Below, in pieces: positions 35,901 to 37,195 of a stretch of 37,195 bases of DNA. The DNA is from a virus (lineage: Duplodnaviria > Caudoviricetes). Each line of letters begins with the position of its first letter. The first letter of the stretch is position 1. The stretch is from the IMG/VR virus record IMGVR_UViG_3300032335_000219, positions 1 through 37,195 of that record. One strand, given 5' to 3'. Made by a program: the position numbers and the translations under genes. The notes beneath the pieces are model-generated. The model worked only from the letters and a program-made list of their open reading frames with translations. It was not told the DNA's origin and ran no database searches.

Positions 35901-37195
35901 TAGAACACCAATAAGAGTTGTTGTTGAAGCCATACTTCCAAAGAAGGCTCAACTTCGTCAAGCATCTGGTGGTTTACAAACCATTGCTGCGGATATGCGT
36001 GAAGGTTTTATTAACACTATTGCCAATGGCAATCAAGTAGAACTTCTTAATCCACAAACTGGTACATGGCGTGCTATTGACCCAGCATCTATTTCTCAAA
36101 GACTATTAGTTGAAGGTAAGTTCCGTATCCGTAAGCCAGGAAACCAGGGACAGATTCTTCACTCTAAAGTATTTGGTACTCCAGTAGACCTTCGTTCTAA
36201 TAATGGAACAAAAGTTAGACTTGGTTTAAACGATTATCCAGAACTTAAAAAACTTGGTCTTGATGCCCGTAAGCCAGATTCTTGGAAAGGTAAAGAACAA
36301 GAATTATTTGATTGGATGCGTGCCAATGGTGTTGGTAAGTTAACACTTCCAGATACTAAGGCTAATGGTCGTTCTACTGTTTTAGTTGACCCAACAATGG
36401 TTGAAACTGCAAACAACAAGCCAACTCAAATGCTTGCAAAGCGCCAACTTGATGCTATCCGTAACACTCGTGCAGTAACAAGTAATCAATCTAAGGTTCT
36501 CCAAATAATTCAGTCAACCGTTGAAAACGGTGGCGGAACATTTAAGTTTATGACTGGTGATGTGCCACAAGGTGGCGTTGCCGTAGCGGTTCGTGGTGGT
36601 ACTTTCCAGTATAGCCTTGATGCAGCCAAAGCAAACCCTGAATCAATGGCTCAGCAACTTGCTGAACACATTGAAAATACTATTGGTAAATTCTCAGAGG
36701 CTGACCATTTTGGAACTTGGGTTGCACCTGCAGAAGATGGTACTATGCATATCTGGGCTGAACCAGTCAATGTAATGACGAATCGTGCAGAGGCTATTAA
36801 GTTTGGCAAAGTCAGAAACCAAAAGGCTGTCTTTGATTTAGATACTTTTGAAGAAATTAAAACAGGAGGAACAGGCGATGTCGGAGCAAGCGAAAACTTT
36901 GCATTGGGTCAAGGCACAAAAGCCGTTCGGTCAAATGTCACCAGAGGAACGCAAGGCGTACGCCCAGAACTTAGCGAATCAAATCGTGCAGCAAGCCTTA
37001 GCGAACTCGCAACCCGTATCGGAAACGGAAAATATCCAACCGATGGCATAGTTAATCTTGTCCGTGAATTATCGGATAGAGATGCTCTTGTTAGAGCAAA
37101 CCATGAAAACTTACTTGCCCGTCTTGATGCTCGTGTTGTTGAAGAAACTCGTTTAAACGCACCAAAAGAAATGCTTGGCACTGGTATGCGTAGAA
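32989..37195 (+). CDS. Large multidomain virion protein, >1400 aa, 3'-truncated (absent from ORF track), with ADP-ribosyltransferase domain(s)
   Basis: ATG 32989 overlaps the previous stop; frame 1 stays open to the window end (MGFLDNLGNWAEGQ...EMLGTGMR). Confidence 0.92.
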   Translation, partial: MGFLDNLGNWAEGQVKNFGNEIGLAVLGNDIASVATNDKSWAADAFQIAGDVFKTGITATTYVPRKALGAAFNDVLLPVARTSYNVGGKYVREPLSAGLLGLATNDWQQSWNQRGDISAGQAAAYLQSRFDPTKSALRMDFDIFDPNDRKVFDTNWEYRTLSGAYDTFFSTVTDPLGKVAKAGALARKALVLQPLGATDAGIAQLTKDFLIPRSTRNVTILSPQTLATKINEGRDVNGGLYNSMDWFAKNDKLAIRNHPMVAASNDADTLSYLLGEVKTTDDVADVLLATAVKDTEAMARLVLKRKDMAFVMDKLKPVSQLDKQVIDNIPTNGIVDDVNVLDAATALVDNAMNDPYIKYLTDLNKKGLDLTKRTFGTAATQRGSIRAAERQTSRALGETPSPNSYPTLGIFQPTKYHPVVAVVNFAERWAGERPAGYFNANDSDSFNEMKAFGGMLSRIVGNNAAAPIVARHYDDFITAGDIPEARARVATSFEDLAVMQINKTLGLSDETGKYIWDAYKGRRKTAMDSVRDRKFLMTNDDTILKIPYLERQGANALPMVDLENYARVLKENSGLIKAIDGSHGIVDPDAAKYTAGILNDMWKASVLLRLGYTVRNISEASMSILAKGYGLVAASELSTEGVKKWYNNRVIGIDRLTDKTLVAKGLREDSIKLRQELASVQQDRAQIASLNKDIDEHMAGVELAFKRGQLTEEQMLEFLDVSSYRTGEFLYHGSPTGLRGLNTNRPLAMSYSAEVAEKYADAGMRTISATEIQKRLTGTAGRLPKNIELAPGADIGTPEVFAQMPASEFKNVEQWVTGVAGIEQNILRGQAWDEITGELEKLNPDSERWVKELERTIKRSVINKPTKVYRITDNMAFYRTPVGGIVDEPAFVATSKNADIPTSRNFYLEIKLPKGHPGLDIKRTYNDALTSKAADPRTLGGYNDAMREAEVLLPPGSKFKIISRTQADPEGRTPIRVVVEAILPKKAQLRQASGGLQTIAADMREGFINTIANGNQVELLNPQTGTWRAIDPASISQRLLVEGKFRIRKPGNQGQILHSKVFGTPVDLRSNNGTKVRLGLNDYPELKKLGLDARKPDSWKGKEQELFDWMRANGVGKLTLPDTKANGRSTVLVDPTMVETANNKPTQMLAKRQLDAIRNTRAVTSNQSKVLQIIQSTVENGGGTFKFMTGDVPQGGVAVAVRGGTFQYSLDAAKANPESMAQQLAEHIENTIGKFSEADHFGTWVAPAEDGTMHIWAEPVNVMTNRAEAIKFGKVRNQKAVFDLDTFEEIKTGGTGDVGASENFALGQGTKAVRSNVTRGTQGVRPELSESNRAASLSELATRIGNGKYPTDGIVNLVRELSDRDALVRANHENLLARLDARVVEETRLNAPKEMLGTGMRR
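35400..35940 (+). other. R-S-E clade ADP-ribosyltransferase domain (VIP2/C3/Alt-like) within the large protein
   Basis: KVYR (R 35596), EPAFVATS (S 35671), LEIKLPKG, REAEVLLPPGSKFKI (E 35830, E 35836). Confidence 0.88.
36878..37051 (+). CDS. Possible nested out-of-frame gene, 57 aa
   Basis: AGGAGG at 36864-69, ATG 8 nt later; MSEQAKTLHWVKAQKPFGQMSPEERKAYAQNLANQIVQQALANS... Confidence 0.4.
   Translation: MSEQAKTLHWVKAQKPFGQMSPEERKAYAQNLANQIVQQALANSQPVSETENIQPMA

Larger units (their letters stand above)
1168..37158. repeat. Dispersed palindrome GTTTAAAC, at least 43 copies
   Basis: Counted by eye; start positions are listed in the findings. Confidence 0.92.

Noticed and set aside
33302-36775. 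Short track ORFs suggesting a gene-poor or degraded region
   Set aside because: Frame 1 is open from 32989 to the window end; the ORF caller missed it because it has no stop.

Overview
The window is most of the genome of a tailed dsDNA phage, cut inside the virion-protein region at both ends. WhiB, the CHAP/holin cassette, the split primase and the overall gene set point to an actinobacterial host, plausibly a low-GC freshwater lineage (inference). Layout: late/structural genes on + (28.5-37.2 kb terminase, portal and a >1400-aa protein that the ORF track missed; 0-15.3 kb LysM protein, scaffold, major capsid, an Ntn protease, small basic proteins, tail and fibre genes, lysis), a short - strand block (15.3-16.2 kb), a + strand replication/transcription operon (16.3-22.6 kb), a - strand early region (22.7-27.6 kb: WhiB, transglycosylase, amidoligase, glutamine amidotransferase, degenerate SprT-like protein) and a repeat-rich non-coding region (27.6-28.5 kb). 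I saw no integrase, DNA polymerase, CRISPR array or full tRNA. Most notable: (1) at least 43 copies of the palindrome GTTTAAAC, 29 of them in 18.8-28.2 kb, in a genome that seems to avoid several 4-bp palindromes; (2) a giant virion protein with an R-S-E ADP-ribosyltransferase apparently inserted inside a second ART-like domain, followed by a possible SAM-lyase-like domain and a nested out-of-frame gene; (3) several unannotated RNA structures: two covarying pseudoknots, an anticodon-less tRNA-like element, and twin hairpins whose loop matches a GACTGG motif found before early-gene start codons. All counts and alignments were done by eye and no database was searched.
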